Origin: Candidatus Hydrogenedentota bacterium
GTDB lineage: Bacteria; Hydrogenedentota; Hydrogenedentia; Hydrogenedentales; SLHB01
Length of the DNA stretch: 64,000 nt
Assembly: GCA_963745075.1 (NCBI GenBank)
Contig: CAVUWV010000027.1
Location: 64,001 to 128,000 of the forward strand
Reading direction: 5' to 3'
Program-made: the position numbers and the translations under genes
Shown here: positions 1-9,740 of the stretch, piece after piece
How the letters are laid out: each line of letters opens with the position of its first letter
Numbering within the stretch: the stretch's first letter is position 1
Notes under the pieces: generated by a model
Told to the model about the DNA's origin: nothing
What the model saw: the letters and a program-made list of their open reading frames with translations, nothing else
The model's database searches: none

Positions 1-39
1 TGAAGGAAAAAGTTACCAACCGTTTAAGAAGGAGGCAAC

Positions 40-438
40 ATGGTGACCTTGAGTAACACGAGCAAAAAGGCTGGCGTTTTCACGCTATTGCTGCTGGCCG
101 GTATGCTGACAATCGCGCCGCTGTGTCTCGCCGCGGAAGGCGGCGCGAACGACGAAGAACTCAGCGTGGAGCAGCGCGAGATCACGCGGATCGAGCAAAC
201 GACCGCGACGACCGGTGCGGGCCTTCGCGCTCTCGGCATGGCCCTTGGCGCGGGTATCGCAATCGCCGGCGCAGGGCTTGCCACGGGCCGTGCGCAGGCT
301 GCGGTGGGCGCCGGCGGCGCGGGCGCGATCACGGAGAAGCCCGAACTGTTCGGTAATATCCTCATCCTTTTCGCCATTCCCGAAACCATCGTCGTATTCG
401 GTTTCGTGATCGCAATCATGCTCATTTTGGCAATCTAA
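40..438 (+). CDS. atpK: V/A-type ATP synthase subunit K/c (proteolipid) with N-terminal signal-like extension
   Basis: RBS GGAGG before ATG; Gly/Ala-rich hairpin GAGIAIAGAGLATGRAQ...FAIPETIVVFG with the conserved Glu; first gene of the V/A-ATPase run in this window. Confidence 0.93.
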   Translation: MVTLSNTSKKAGVFTLLLLAGMLTIAPLCLAAEGGANDEELSVEQREITRIEQTTATTGAGLRALGMALGAGIAIAGAGLATGRAQAAVGAGGAGAITEKPELFGNILILFAIPETIVVFGFVIAIMLILAI

Positions 439-451
439 ACGTCCAGCCACG

Positions 452-1042
452 ATGCAACACGTCTTACTGGATACCATGGCCCGGCAGGTCGAGCAAGACT
501 GCGAAGAGCGCCTTGCCGTGGCCCGAACGGAAGCCGAAGGGATCGTGACGGAAGCGCGCGACCGCGCGGCCAGGCGATACGCCGACACCATCGAACGCAC
601 GAAGCGCGACGTGGGACGGCACGCGCAACGGGTCCGCGAACTCGCCGCATTGCAGGCAGGCCAGCAGGCCCACAGCATGAAGCAAGCGGTCGCCGATGAA
701 GTTTTGCATTCGGTGGACGCGGCGCTGGCGCGGGTTGCGGAAGGTCCCGAGTTTCCCGGGATACTGGAAGCGCTGCTTCGCGAAGTCATGACGGTGGCGC
801 CGCCGCAGGCGGAGGTCTTGACCCCGCCGGCTCACGTCGAGCGCTGCCGCCAATGGCTCGCGTCGAATGGGCACGCCGGGGTGCCCGTCGTGCCGAATGA
901 CGCGTTGCGCGACGGAGTTGCCGTGCAGGACACCCAACGCAGCTTCCGCATCACCAACTCGTTATCCAGTCGCTTTGGGAAGCTTGAGAACGAAGCGCGC
1001 CAGGTCTGTCTGCGGCTGTTGTTCGGGGAAGGAGCGGAATGA
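452..1042 (+). CDS. atpE: V/A-type ATP synthase subunit E
   Basis: Coiled-coil N-terminus, C-terminal GVAV...ITNSLSSR motif, lies between K and C. Confidence 0.85.
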   Translation: MQHVLLDTMARQVEQDCEERLAVARTEAEGIVTEARDRAARRYADTIERTKRDVGRHAQRVRELAALQAGQQAHSMKQAVADEVLHSVDAALARVAEGPEFPGILEALLREVMTVAPPQAEVLTPPAHVERCRQWLASNGHAGVPVVPNDALRDGVAVQDTQRSFRITNSLSSRFGKLENEARQVCLRLLFGEGAE

Positions 1043-2100
1043 TGGATCGGCTTGAGACCATCGCTCCCTACGTCAATTCGCGCGTTGCGGGTATGCGCAG
1101 CCGTCTTATGACGCAAGCGCAGATGGAAGACCTTATCGACCTCGATGAGATTTCCCGTCTTGTCGACGACTTGATGAATTCACCTTACCAGGAAGATTTG
1201 GCAGAGGCCTTGACCCGCTTCAACGGGGCCGATGCGGTTGAAGAGGCCGTGTCTCGCAACCTGGTCAAAGCCTTCCAGACGCTGAAGACTTTGGGTCTGG
1301 AATCATTGAAGGATCTGGTCGACGTGTTCTTGCTGCGGTGGGATTTGGTCGCCGTCAAGTCGTTGCTGCGTTACCGGCACCACGACATCGACACGGATAC
1401 CGTTCTCGCGGAACTGCAGCCGGGGCCCAGCCTTACGGTCCCGTTGCTGCGATCCTTTGCCGAACGCGACACCATGCAGGATCTCGTTACCGCATTGGCG
1501 GGGTGGAACTCGAGGTTGTGTGGCGATCTGCTTCGCGTGTTCGACGAATACGAACGCGAGGGATCGGTTGCGGTGCTCGAAGAAGCGTTGGATCGCGCGT
1601 ACTTCGTGGATACCGTGAAATCCCTCAGCGCTTCGGACGACGAAGACTCGCAGATCCTCTGCACGGCCCTTCGCATGGAAATCGACCGAATTAACATTCG
1701 GACCCTGTTCCAGTTGAAAGAAGGCATTTCAACCGAGGAACTGGAAGCGCGGTTGCTGCCCAAAGGCACACTTCCGGGGCCCGCCTTGCAGGCCTTGATT
1801 CATGCACGCGATGCCGCGGGCGCCATGGAGATTCTGAATTCAACCGTTTACAGCACCCTGCGCGAAATGTTGTTCATGTTCGTGCAGTCGGCGCGGTTCA
1901 GCCCCATGGACCGTATGTTCGACTTGATCCTGATCCGGCATTTGGGCCGGCAGGCCCGCGTCCAATTTCTGAGCATCGCCGGCCTCATGCAATACGCCTG
2001 GCTGAAGTACAACGAGGCCGTCAACCTGCGGCTTATCGCGCGCGGTGAAGCCAATCGCCTGCCGCGGGGCCGGGTACGCGAGGAGATGATGTATGCCTAA
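1039..2100 (+). CDS. atpC: V/A-type ATP synthase subunit C (d)
   Basis: YVNSRVAGMRSRL, LDRAYF, EIDRINI and EAVNLRLIARG motifs; overlaps atpE and atpF. Confidence 0.92.
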   Translation: MMDRLETIAPYVNSRVAGMRSRLMTQAQMEDLIDLDEISRLVDDLMNSPYQEDLAEALTRFNGADAVEEAVSRNLVKAFQTLKTLGLESLKDLVDVFLLRWDLVAVKSLLRYRHHDIDTDTVLAELQPGPSLTVPLLRSFAERDTMQDLVTALAGWNSRLCGDLLRVFDEYEREGSVAVLEEALDRAYFVDTVKSLSASDDEDSQILCTALRMEIDRINIRTLFQLKEGISTEELEARLLPKGTLPGPALQALIHARDAAGAMEILNSTVYSTLREMLFMFVQSARFSPMDRMFDLILIRHLGRQARVQFLSIAGLMQYAWLKYNEAVNLRLIARGEANRLPRGRVREEMMYA

Positions 2101-2413
2101 GATCGCCGCCCTCGTCAAGGACAATACCGCGCTGAAACTCATGCTCGCGGGCATCCGGGTGGAAATCACACGCGATGCCGGCACCGCGGAATCGCGGTTG
2201 GACGAACTCCTCGAGAGTGACGCCGGCGTGGCGATCGTGCAGGAAGAGTTTCGCTCGCAATTCTCCGAATTCTTTACGGAGCGTTTGCGCCGGCACAAGG
2301 GTCTGCCGCTCATCGTGTATTGCCCGGCATTCGAGGAAGAAGAATCAAACGTTGACGCCTACCTGTCGGCCGTCTTGAAGCCCGCCGTAGGCTACGAAAT
2401 CAGATTGGAGTGA
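2093..2413 (+). CDS. atpF: V/A-type ATP synthase subunit F
   Basis: 106 aa, KIAAL...LAGI and C-terminal AVGYEI; operon position. Confidence 0.88.
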   Translation: MPKIAALVKDNTALKLMLAGIRVEITRDAGTAESRLDELLESDAGVAIVQEEFRSQFSEFFTERLRRHKGLPLIVYCPAFEEEESNVDAYLSAVLKPAVGYEIRLE

Positions 2414-2417
2414 CGAA

Positions 2418-4208
2418 ATGCCCGCTACCGAACAAGAACTGACCGGTTCGATTACGCTGGTCTCCGGCCCCATGATTTCCGCCAGCAACATGCTCGGCGT
2501 CGCCATGGGCGAGATCCTGCGCGTCGGTAAGATGAACCTCATGGGCGAGGTTATCCGCATCGACAAAGATACGATTTTCGCGCAGGTCTTTGAGGACACC
2601 GGCGGGATGTTCCTGGGCGAACCCGTGGTCCCCACGGGCCTCCCCTTGTCGGTCGAACTGGGACCTGGCCTGCTGGGATCAACCTATGACGGGATCCAGC
2701 GTCCGCTCATTACGTTGCAGGAAAAGTCGGGCGACTTCATCGATCGCGGGCTGACCGCCGTGGCGCTCGACCGTGCAAAGAAGTGGACGTTTACACCGAC
2801 TGTATCCGTCGGTGATCCCGTGATTCCGGGAGACATTCTGGGCACGGTCCCGGAGACGCGTACTATCGAACACCGGGTTTTGGTACCACCGGACAAACAA
2901 GGCACCGTGAAGTCCATCGTCGCGGCCGGCGAATACACCGTGGAAGACGTGATCGCCACGCTGGACGATGGCACCGAATTGAAAATGATGCACTACTGGC
3001 CCGTGAAACGTCCTCGCCCCTTCGCCAAGAAGATGCGGACCGACCGCCCCTTCCTGACCGGCCAGCGGGTGTTGGACTGCCTGTTTCCCATCGCGCTGGG
3101 TGGCTCGGCGATCGTGCCGGGCGGCTTCGGCACCGGCAAGACCGTCGTGGAGCAGACGCTATCCAAATATTGCAACGCCGACATTATCATCTACGTGGGC
3201 TGTGGCGAACGCGGAAACGAGATGGCCGACGTGCTGGACGAATTCCCGCACCTCAAGGATCCGAAGACCGGCGACTCGCTGATGAACCGGACCGTGCTGG
3301 TCGTGAATACGTCGAACATGCCGGTGGCCGCACGCGATGCATCGGTATACACGGGCATCACCCTTGCCGAGTATTACCGCGACCAAGGATACGACGTCGC
3401 CATCATGGCGGACAGTACCTCTCGTTGGGCCGAGGCCTTGCGCGAGATTTCGTCACGCCTCGAGGAGATGCCTGGTGAAGAGGGCTATCCAACCTACCTC
3501 GCCGCCCGTATTTCCGAATTCTACGAACGCAGCGGCCGCGTTACGTGCAACGGCAGCGACGCCGCGGGCGAGAATCCGCGGTATGGGTCGTTGACGATCG
3601 TTGGCGCGGTATCGCCTCCCGGCGGCGACATGTCCGAACCGGTGACACAAACCTCGCAGCGTGTGGCCGGCGCCCTCTGGTCGCTCGACGCCTCGCTGGC
3701 CTATCGGCGTCACTATCCTGCCATCAACTGGAACCGAAGCTACTCGCTCTACTTCGCGGAGCTGGATCCGTGGTTTGAAGCGAACGCGCCCAAGACCTGG
3801 CGTCAGAATCGGCAGGCCATTGAGATGCTGATGCAGCGGGACGGCGAGTTGCAGGAAGTCGTCCAACTCGTTGGACCCGACGCGTTGCAGGATCAGGAGC
3901 GGCTCATTCTCGAAGCTGCTCGCATGATTCGCGAAGTGTTCCTCCAACAAAATGCTTTCTCGGACGACGACGCCTATTGCTCGCTCGAGAAGGGCGGAAC
4001 CCTACTCGATGCATTGGTCGAGTTCTACGAATCCGCGCGCAAAGTCCTCGAAGAGGGCATCACGCTGAACCGCGTTCTCGAACTTCCGGCCCGCGAAAGC
4101 ATCGCGCGTCTTCGGGAGGAATCGAACGAGACGGTCGTTGCGCGCCAGAAGGTTGTAATGGAAGAGCTGCGAGCGGCGCTCGCCGATCTCACATCGAGAA
4201 AAGGATAA
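2418..4208 (+). CDS. atpA: V/A-type ATP synthase catalytic subunit A
   Basis: Walker A GGFGTGKT, GCGERGNE, NTSNMPVAAR, DSTSRWAEALRE, EEMPGEEGYP. Confidence 0.98.
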   Translation: MPATEQELTGSITLVSGPMISASNMLGVAMGEILRVGKMNLMGEVIRIDKDTIFAQVFEDTGGMFLGEPVVPTGLPLSVELGPGLLGSTYDGIQRPLITLQEKSGDFIDRGLTAVALDRAKKWTFTPTVSVGDPVIPGDILGTVPETRTIEHRVLVPPDKQGTVKSIVAAGEYTVEDVIATLDDGTELKMMHYWPVKRPRPFAKKMRTDRPFLTGQRVLDCLFPIALGGSAIVPGGFGTGKTVVEQTLSKYCNADIIIYVGCGERGNEMADVLDEFPHLKDPKTGDSLMNRTVLVVNTSNMPVAARDASVYTGITLAEYYRDQGYDVAIMADSTSRWAEALREISSRLEEMPGEEGYPTYLAARISEFYERSGRVTCNGSDAAGENPRYGSLTIVGAVSPPGGDMSEPVTQTSQRVAGALWSLDASLAYRRHYPAINWNRSYSLYFAELDPWFEANAPKTWRQNRQAIEMLMQRDGELQEVVQLVGPDALQDQERLILEAARMIREVFLQQNAFSDDDAYCSLEKGGTLLDALVEFYESARKVLEEGITLNRVLELPARESIARLREESNETVVARQKVVMEELRAALADLTSRKG

Positions 4209-4213
4209 CGCAC

Positions 4214-5659
4214 ATGGAAACCACCACGACAAGCCAGGGCGCTTCGGGCAGCCTGCTGCACAAGGAATACTGGGACCTGAACTACATCTCCGGTCCGCTC
4301 GTGTTCCTCGGCAACGGGGACCGGTTTGCCACCGGTGCCATTCTCGATCTCGTCGGGGAAAACGGTGAAGTGCGCCAGGGGCAGGTCCTGGAAGCGAGCA
4401 AGAAGCACGCCGTCGTTCAGGTCCTTCAAGGCACGCAGGGGCTCGACGTCAAGAGTATCTCAGTGTCGCTTAAGAAAGACACCGCCCGCGTTGGCTGTTC
4501 GAAAGAACTCATTGGCCGCAGTTTCAATGGCACGGGCGAGCCCATCGACGGGCTGCCGCCGATCGTTCCGGACAAGGAAATCGAAATCGCCGGTTCAGCG
4601 ATCAACCCCGTGTCGCGCGACAAACCAAACGACTTCATCGAAACCGGCCTGTCGACGATCGACGGGTTCAACACGCTCGTCCGCGGCCAGAAGCTGCCGA
4701 TCTTTTTCGGCGCCGGTCTTCCCGCCAACGAGGTGGCGAACATGATCGTGCAGCAGTCGTCCACCAAGGGTGAAAGCGAAGAGTTCGTCGTGGTGTTCGC
4801 GGCCATGGGGCTGACCGAACGGGAAGCCGCATACTTCCTTCGATCCTTTGAAGAAGGCGGCCAGGGCAGCCGGGTGGTCACGTTCATCAACAAAGCGAGC
4901 GACCCGGCGATCGAGCGTCTATTCGCGCCCCGCTGCGCGCTGACCGTCGCCGAGTATCTCGCGTTCGAGCACGACTATCAGGTGCTGGTCATCCTGACGG
5001 ATATGACCAGTTACTGCGAAGCACTGCGCCAGATTTCGAGCGCCCGCGAAGAAATCCCCGGCCGGCGCGGTTACCCGGGTTACATGTACACCGACTTATC
5101 CACCATCTACGAGCGTGCCGGGCGTATCCGCGGCCGCAAAGGGTCCGTGACCCAGGTGCCCATGCTGACGATGCCGGATGATGACATGACACACCCGATT
5201 CCGGACCTCACAGGGTACATCACGGAAGGCCAGATCGTGCTGTCGCGCGCTTTGCATCGTCAGGGCGTGTTTCCGCCGGTGGACCTGTTGCCGTGCCTGT
5301 CGCGGTTGATGAACAACGGTATCGGGGAAGGCCGCACCCGTGCCGACCACCGCGCGCTGGCGAACCAACTCTACGCGTCGTACGCCCAGGGGCGCGATGT
5401 GCGCAAGCTGATGGCCATCGTCGGTGAAGATGCCTTGAGCGAACTCGACAAGCGGTACTTGCGATTCGGTAACGAATTTGAAAAACAGATGATCGGCCAG
5501 GGAGAAACCCGCCGCACTATCGAAGACACGCTAGGTCTGGGATGGCGACTGCTCGGGTTACTGCCCCGAGACGAACTCACGCGTGTATCGAAAGACCAAG
5601 TCGATACGTACTACCGCGAATACGATGAGGACCTTGCCGGAGCCGGGGCCGCCGGATAA
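4214..5659 (+). CDS. atpB: V/A-type ATP synthase subunit B
   Basis: RGQKLPIF, REEIPGRRGYPGYMYTDL, HPIPDLTGYITEGQI; start moved to ATG 4214 after the AAGGA RBS. Confidence 0.98.
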   Translation: METTTTSQGASGSLLHKEYWDLNYISGPLVFLGNGDRFATGAILDLVGENGEVRQGQVLEASKKHAVVQVLQGTQGLDVKSISVSLKKDTARVGCSKELIGRSFNGTGEPIDGLPPIVPDKEIEIAGSAINPVSRDKPNDFIETGLSTIDGFNTLVRGQKLPIFFGAGLPANEVANMIVQQSSTKGESEEFVVVFAAMGLTEREAAYFLRSFEEGGQGSRVVTFINKASDPAIERLFAPRCALTVAEYLAFEHDYQVLVILTDMTSYCEALRQISSAREEIPGRRGYPGYMYTDLSTIYERAGRIRGRKGSVTQVPMLTMPDDDMTHPIPDLTGYITEGQIVLSRALHRQGVFPPVDLLPCLSRLMNNGIGEGRTRADHRALANQLYASYAQGRDVRKLMAIVGEDALSELDKRYLRFGNEFEKQMIGQGETRRTIEDTLGLGWRLLGLLPRDELTRVSKDQVDTYYREYDEDLAGAGAAG

Positions 5660-5722
5660 CAGTCGCGCAGGGTTTCCGGAATCACCGGCGCCCGCGCATG
5701 ACGGAAGAATGGTAATCGTTTC

Positions 5723-6397
5723 ATGAGTTTGGACAGTGTATCTCCAACGCGGATGAACCTGCTGGCCCGAAAGGCCCAGATTAAGTTCGCGTCGGACGGC
5801 GTCCAGTTGCTGGAAGGGAAGCGCGAGGCGCTTCTAAAGGAACTTATCGAGCGCGCCCGGGAACTGCGAGCGCTCCGCAACGAACTTCACCAACTGGGCC
5901 GCAAAGCGGTCGTCGCCATGGCCATCGCGCGCGGCGTGCGCGGCACGGCGGAAGTCCGTTCCGCCGCCGTCGCGGGCCAGCGCGAGCTGAATCTCGACGT
6001 GAAGACGGAGAAGGTCTGGGGCTTGTCCCTCGGCGGCATCGACCAGTACGACGTCGTTCGTCAGCCGGCCGACCGCGGCGTCGGCCTGCTCGACGTCCCG
6101 TCGCAGATCATCGAAGCGTCCTACGCCTCCGAATCCATGGTCGCCCAGATGCTTGTCTGTGCGCCCAAAGAGCAGAATCTTCAGATCATCGGCGAAGAAG
6201 TTCGCAAGGTCAGCCGCCGGATCAACGCATTGAACGAATACTTGCTTCCCAAATTGCGGGAAGAAGTGCGTACCATTTCCCGAGTCCTTGACGAGCGTGA
6301 ACGCGAAGACACGTTCCGGCTTAAACGGATCAAGAAGAAGAAAGCCGATCAGGCCGCGGCCGAAGCTGAAGCCGAAGCAGCCGGAGAATTGTCGTAA
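5723..6397 (+). CDS. atpD: V/A-type ATP synthase subunit D
   Basis: PTRMNL, LLEGKREAL, RRINALNE and LDEREREDTFRLKRIK motifs. Confidence 0.96.
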   Translation: MSLDSVSPTRMNLLARKAQIKFASDGVQLLEGKREALLKELIERARELRALRNELHQLGRKAVVAMAIARGVRGTAEVRSAAVAGQRELNLDVKTEKVWGLSLGGIDQYDVVRQPADRGVGLLDVPSQIIEASYASESMVAQMLVCAPKEQNLQIIGEEVRKVSRRINALNEYLLPKLREEVRTISRVLDEREREDTFRLKRIKKKKADQAAAEAEAEAAGELS

Positions 6398-6891
6398 TGC
6401 GCCTCAGCGATCTCCTGCATCGTGACGTCGTTTGTGTCAGCCTGAAGGGCTCCACCAAGACCGAAATCATCGAAGAACTGGTCGATGTCCTGGTGGATGC
6501 TCATGAGATTCCCTTGTCGATGCGGGACCACGCCCTTGACGCAGTCCTCGAACGGGAAACGCATCACAGCACCGGCATGGAGCGCGGCGTCGCCGTCCCG
6601 CACGGATACTCGGACCGCGTGGACGACGTGATCGGCGCCATCGGCATCGCGAAAGAAGGCATCCCCTTCGACAGTCTGGATGGTGTCGCGGCACGAGTTG
6701 TCGTGCTGCTCCTGCTGCCGCGCCGGACGTTTCACGACAATCCCCACACGATGGCCGGCATCGCATCCCTTCTCGACAACGCGGATCTGCGGGAGCGATT
6801 GAAGAAAGCCACATCCCCCGGCGACGTCATGCGCGTCATCGAGGAAGAAGAGGCCAAGGAAAACAACTACGGCACGACCGCCCGCATTTGA
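6397..6891 (+). CDS. PTS EIIA domain protein (PtsN/fructose-mannitol EIIA family)
   Basis: LERETHHSTGMERGVAVPHG phospho-His motif and GIPFDSLDG; TAATG overlap with atpD. Confidence 0.9.
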   Translation: MRLSDLLHRDVVCVSLKGSTKTEIIEELVDVLVDAHEIPLSMRDHALDAVLERETHHSTGMERGVAVPHGYSDRVDDVIGAIGIAKEGIPFDSLDGVAARVVVLLLLPRRTFHDNPHTMAGIASLLDNADLRERLKKATSPGDVMRVIEEEEAKENNYGTTARI

Positions 6892-7040
6892 CGTTTCGTT
6901 TACCTTTCCGGCAGCCCGCTGCGACTCCCATCGTTCGTGCGTTTCTGCGTTCGCCTGACCCCCCGAAACGTCGCACCCGCGCGCGTTCGTGCGGTATACT
7001 TTCCTCGCATAAACGGGGTACGAATGGGGAGTGGAACGAC

Positions 7041-8252
7041 GTGGTGCTACGGCTCACCAGCGCGCTAGGGTTGCTTGTGATGATCGCCATCGCCTGGGGG
7101 TTGTCCGAGCGCCGCAAGAGTATTCCGTGGCGGCTCGTGGCACTGGGCCTCGCACTTCAATTCGTGCTGGGCTTGCTCATTCTGACGACTCCGCTTCGGA
7201 CCGTCATTTTCGCCGGAATGCAGCGGGCGGTCGGCGTGCTAACGGACTCCGCCGTGACCGGCGCCGTCTTCGTTTTCGGGGATCTCGCCAAGAGTCCCGA
7301 GCAGTTCAATACCTTCTTCGCGTTTCGTGTCCTTCCCGTCATCATCTTCGTTTCCGCGCTGTCCGGGATTCTCTACCATCTGCGCGTAATTCCTGTAACG
7401 GTCGCGGCCATTGCCTGGCTCATGCGCCGCACCTTGAAGACGTCCGGCGCCGAAACCTTCGGGGCGGCTTTGCTCATTTTCCTGGGCATCGAATCCGCGT
7501 CGGCCATACGCACGTACCTGAAAGAGATGACGCGTTCGGAACTGTGCACGATCATGACCACCTTCATGGCAACCATCGCTGGGAGCGTCATGGTGACTTA
7601 TGCCTCCTTCGGCGCCGAACCGGGCCACCTACTAACGGCATCGCTGATGAGCGCTCCTGCCGCAATCGTCATTTCAAAAATGCTCGTGCCGGAGACGGGA
7701 AGCCCTCAGACGGCCGGTGACACCCCGGTGCGAATGGAAGTAGACACGCGGAATGTAATCGACGCCGCGACGCAGGGAACGTCGCAAGGATTGACCATGG
7801 CTTTGCAGGTGGCCGCGATGGTTCTCGTGTTTGTGGGGTTGATCTACATGCTCGACCTGGCGGCCTTGGCCATCGTCAAACACTCCTTTGTCGAACTACT
7901 CTCTTACGTCTTTCGCCCCTTCGCCTTCCTGCTCGGAGTGCCCCACGAAGATATCGCCAACGTTTCCACCCTCCTCGGAAAGAAGACCGTGTTGAATGAA
8001 TTCCTAGCTTACCTGGACCTGAGGGAAATGATCGCGAACGGTTCGATCTCGGACCGCGGCCGCACCATCGCTACGTACGCGTTGTGCGGATTCGCCAACC
8101 CCGGAAGCATGGCCATTGCCATTGCCGCGTTGGACGCGCTGGCCCCGGAACGCCGCGTGGACATCTCCCAACTTGCCGTGAAGTCCTTTATCGGTGGCAC
8201 GCTCGCCTGTTTCATGACCGCGTGCGTTGCCGGAATCGTTGTCTATGCCTGA
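7041..8252 (+). CDS. nupC: NupC/CNT-family concentrative nucleoside transporter
   Basis: [38 protein letters not shown] motifs; GTG start after GGAG. Confidence 0.93.
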   Translation: MVLRLTSALGLLVMIAIAWGLSERRKSIPWRLVALGLALQFVLGLLILTTPLRTVIFAGMQRAVGVLTDSAVTGAVFVFGDLAKSPEQFNTFFAFRVLPVIIFVSALSGILYHLRVIPVTVAAIAWLMRRTLKTSGAETFGAALLIFLGIESASAIRTYLKEMTRSELCTIMTTFMATIAGSVMVTYASFGAEPGHLLTASLMSAPAAIVISKMLVPETGSPQTAGDTPVRMEVDTRNVIDAATQGTSQGLTMALQVAAMVLVFVGLIYMLDLAALAIVKHSFVELLSYVFRPFAFLLGVPHEDIANVSTLLGKKTVLNEFLAYLDLREMIANGSISDRGRTIATYALCGFANPGSMAIAIAALDALAPERRVDISQLAVKSFIGGTLACFMTACVAGIVVYA

Positions 8253-9054
8253 TTCCACCGTGGCACGGGCATTGACCATCGCCGGCAGCGATTCGGGAGG
8301 CGGCGCCGGAATCCAGGCCGACTTAAAGACCTTCGCTGCATTCGGGGTCTATGGCGCTTCCGCAATTACGTCCGTCACCGCCCAGAACACCGTCGGTGTC
8401 GGCGGGGTCCATGACCTTCCCGCGGAATTCGTAGCGCAACAGATCGACCTCGTCAGCCAGGATATCGGCGTGGATGCGGCGAAAACCGGCATGCTGTCCA
8501 ATGCCGCCATCGTGCGGGCCGTTGCGGAAAGTGTCTCGCGAAACCGGATCGTTCGGCTGGTCGTCGATCCGGTTATGGTCGCCAAGAGCGGCGATGCCCT
8601 GCTCCAAGAGGACGCCCGCCGGGCGGTAATCGAGATGATCGTGCCGTTAGCGTTCGTAATTACGCCGAACCTTCCCGAGGCGGAGTCTCTCTGCGGCATT
8701 TCGGTCACCAATCGCGATCGAATGGAAGAAGCGGCCCGAATCCTGCACGGCATGGGCGCGCGCTACGTGCTCGTCAAGGGCGGGCATCTGGAGTCCCGCG
8801 ACGCGACGGATCTCCTCTTTGACGGTGACACCGTGCGCACGTATTCTACAACGAGAATCAAGACAACCAATACACACGGCACCGGTTGCACCTACTCGGC
8901 CGCGATCGCAGCCTGCCTCGCACTCGGATGCGACGTGGCGCAGGCGGTGCAACGGGCTAAAGACTACCTGACCGGCGCAATTCGTCATTCCCTGCCACTT
9001 GGTTCCGGGCACGGGCCGCTGGACCACGGCTGGCAATCCCGCGGCGTTCATTAG
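8245..9054 (+). CDS. thiD: Hydroxymethylpyrimidine/phosphomethylpyrimidine kinase
   Basis: [44 protein letters not shown]. Confidence 0.97.
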   Translation: MPDSTVARALTIAGSDSGGGAGIQADLKTFAAFGVYGASAITSVTAQNTVGVGGVHDLPAEFVAQQIDLVSQDIGVDAAKTGMLSNAAIVRAVAESVSRNRIVRLVVDPVMVAKSGDALLQEDARRAVIEMIVPLAFVITPNLPEAESLCGISVTNRDRMEEAARILHGMGARYVLVKGGHLESRDATDLLFDGDTVRTYSTTRIKTTNTHGTGCTYSAAIAACLALGCDVAQAVQRAKDYLTGAIRHSLPLGSGHGPLDHGWQSRGVH

Positions 9055-9077
9055 AACAACGTTTCCCTTCGGTCGGG

Positions 9078-9740
9078 TTACGCGTCGCTCTCTGTGTGAA
9101 CCCACTTGATTGCATTCTGCACCAATTCCGTGGCGTTCTTCAGCCCGAGCTTTTCCTTGATATGTTCCCGGTAGGTCTCGATCGTCTTGACGCTGAGATT
9201 CAGCTTGGCCGCGATCTCGCGCGTCTTCAACCCTTGCCCAATCAGGGTGTAGACTTCCAACTCGCGGTCACTGAGACGGCTTACCGTCAGAATGCCCGCG
9301 GCGCCACGGTTGCCGACAAGATTCTGCATCAGGCGGGACGATAACTCCGAACTCAGATAAACGTTGCCTGCCAATACGCGCCGAATGGCATCGATGACTT
9401 TCGTCGGCGCCTCCCGTTTCATGATATATCCTTGCGCTCCGGCGCGTAACGCGCGCTCTGCGTAGAGATTCTCCTCATGCATCGACAGCACGAGGATTGG
9501 CGTGGTGTCCGACCGGGACCGCAGATTCTTGATGAGTGTGAGTCCGTTCATGTCCTCGAGCGACAGGTCCACCACCAGGATGTCCGCCTGTGTGCCGGAT
9601 AGGGACTCCATCGCTTGAAATCCGGACGCGGCCTGTCCGCAGACGTGGAGGCCGGCCTCTCTTCCGATGAGTTCCGCGAGGCCGTCGCGCACGATCGGGT
9701 GGTCATCGACAATAAATACGGAAGCTTTTTCTCCCTTCAT
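9078..9740 (-). CDS. NarL/FixJ-family response regulator (REC + LuxR HTH)
   Basis: IVDDHPIVRDG, VVDLSL, LSDRELEV...LSVKTIETYREHIKEKL; overlaps the kinase stop. Confidence 0.95.
   Translation of the reverse strand: MKGEKASVFIVDDHPIVRDGLAELIGREAGLHVCGQAASGFQAMESLSGTQADILVVDLSLEDMNGLTLIKNLRSRSDTTPILVLSMHEENLYAERALRAGAQGYIMKREAPTKVIDAIRRVLAGNVYLSSELSSRLMQNLVGNRGAAGILTVSRLSDRELEVYTLIGQGLKTREIAAKLNLSVKTIETYREHIKEKLGLKNATELVQNAIKWVHTESDA

Noticed and set aside
3977..4213. N-terminal extension of atpB in the ORF track; likewise the extensions on serS, nupC, folP, trkA and both GH38 genes
   Set aside because: They overlap upstream genes or intergenic DNA; family similarity, and RBSs where visible, point to the downstream starts
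6892..7040. TPP riboswitch upstream of nupC-thiD
   Set aside because: No CTGAGA or matching downstream core segments found
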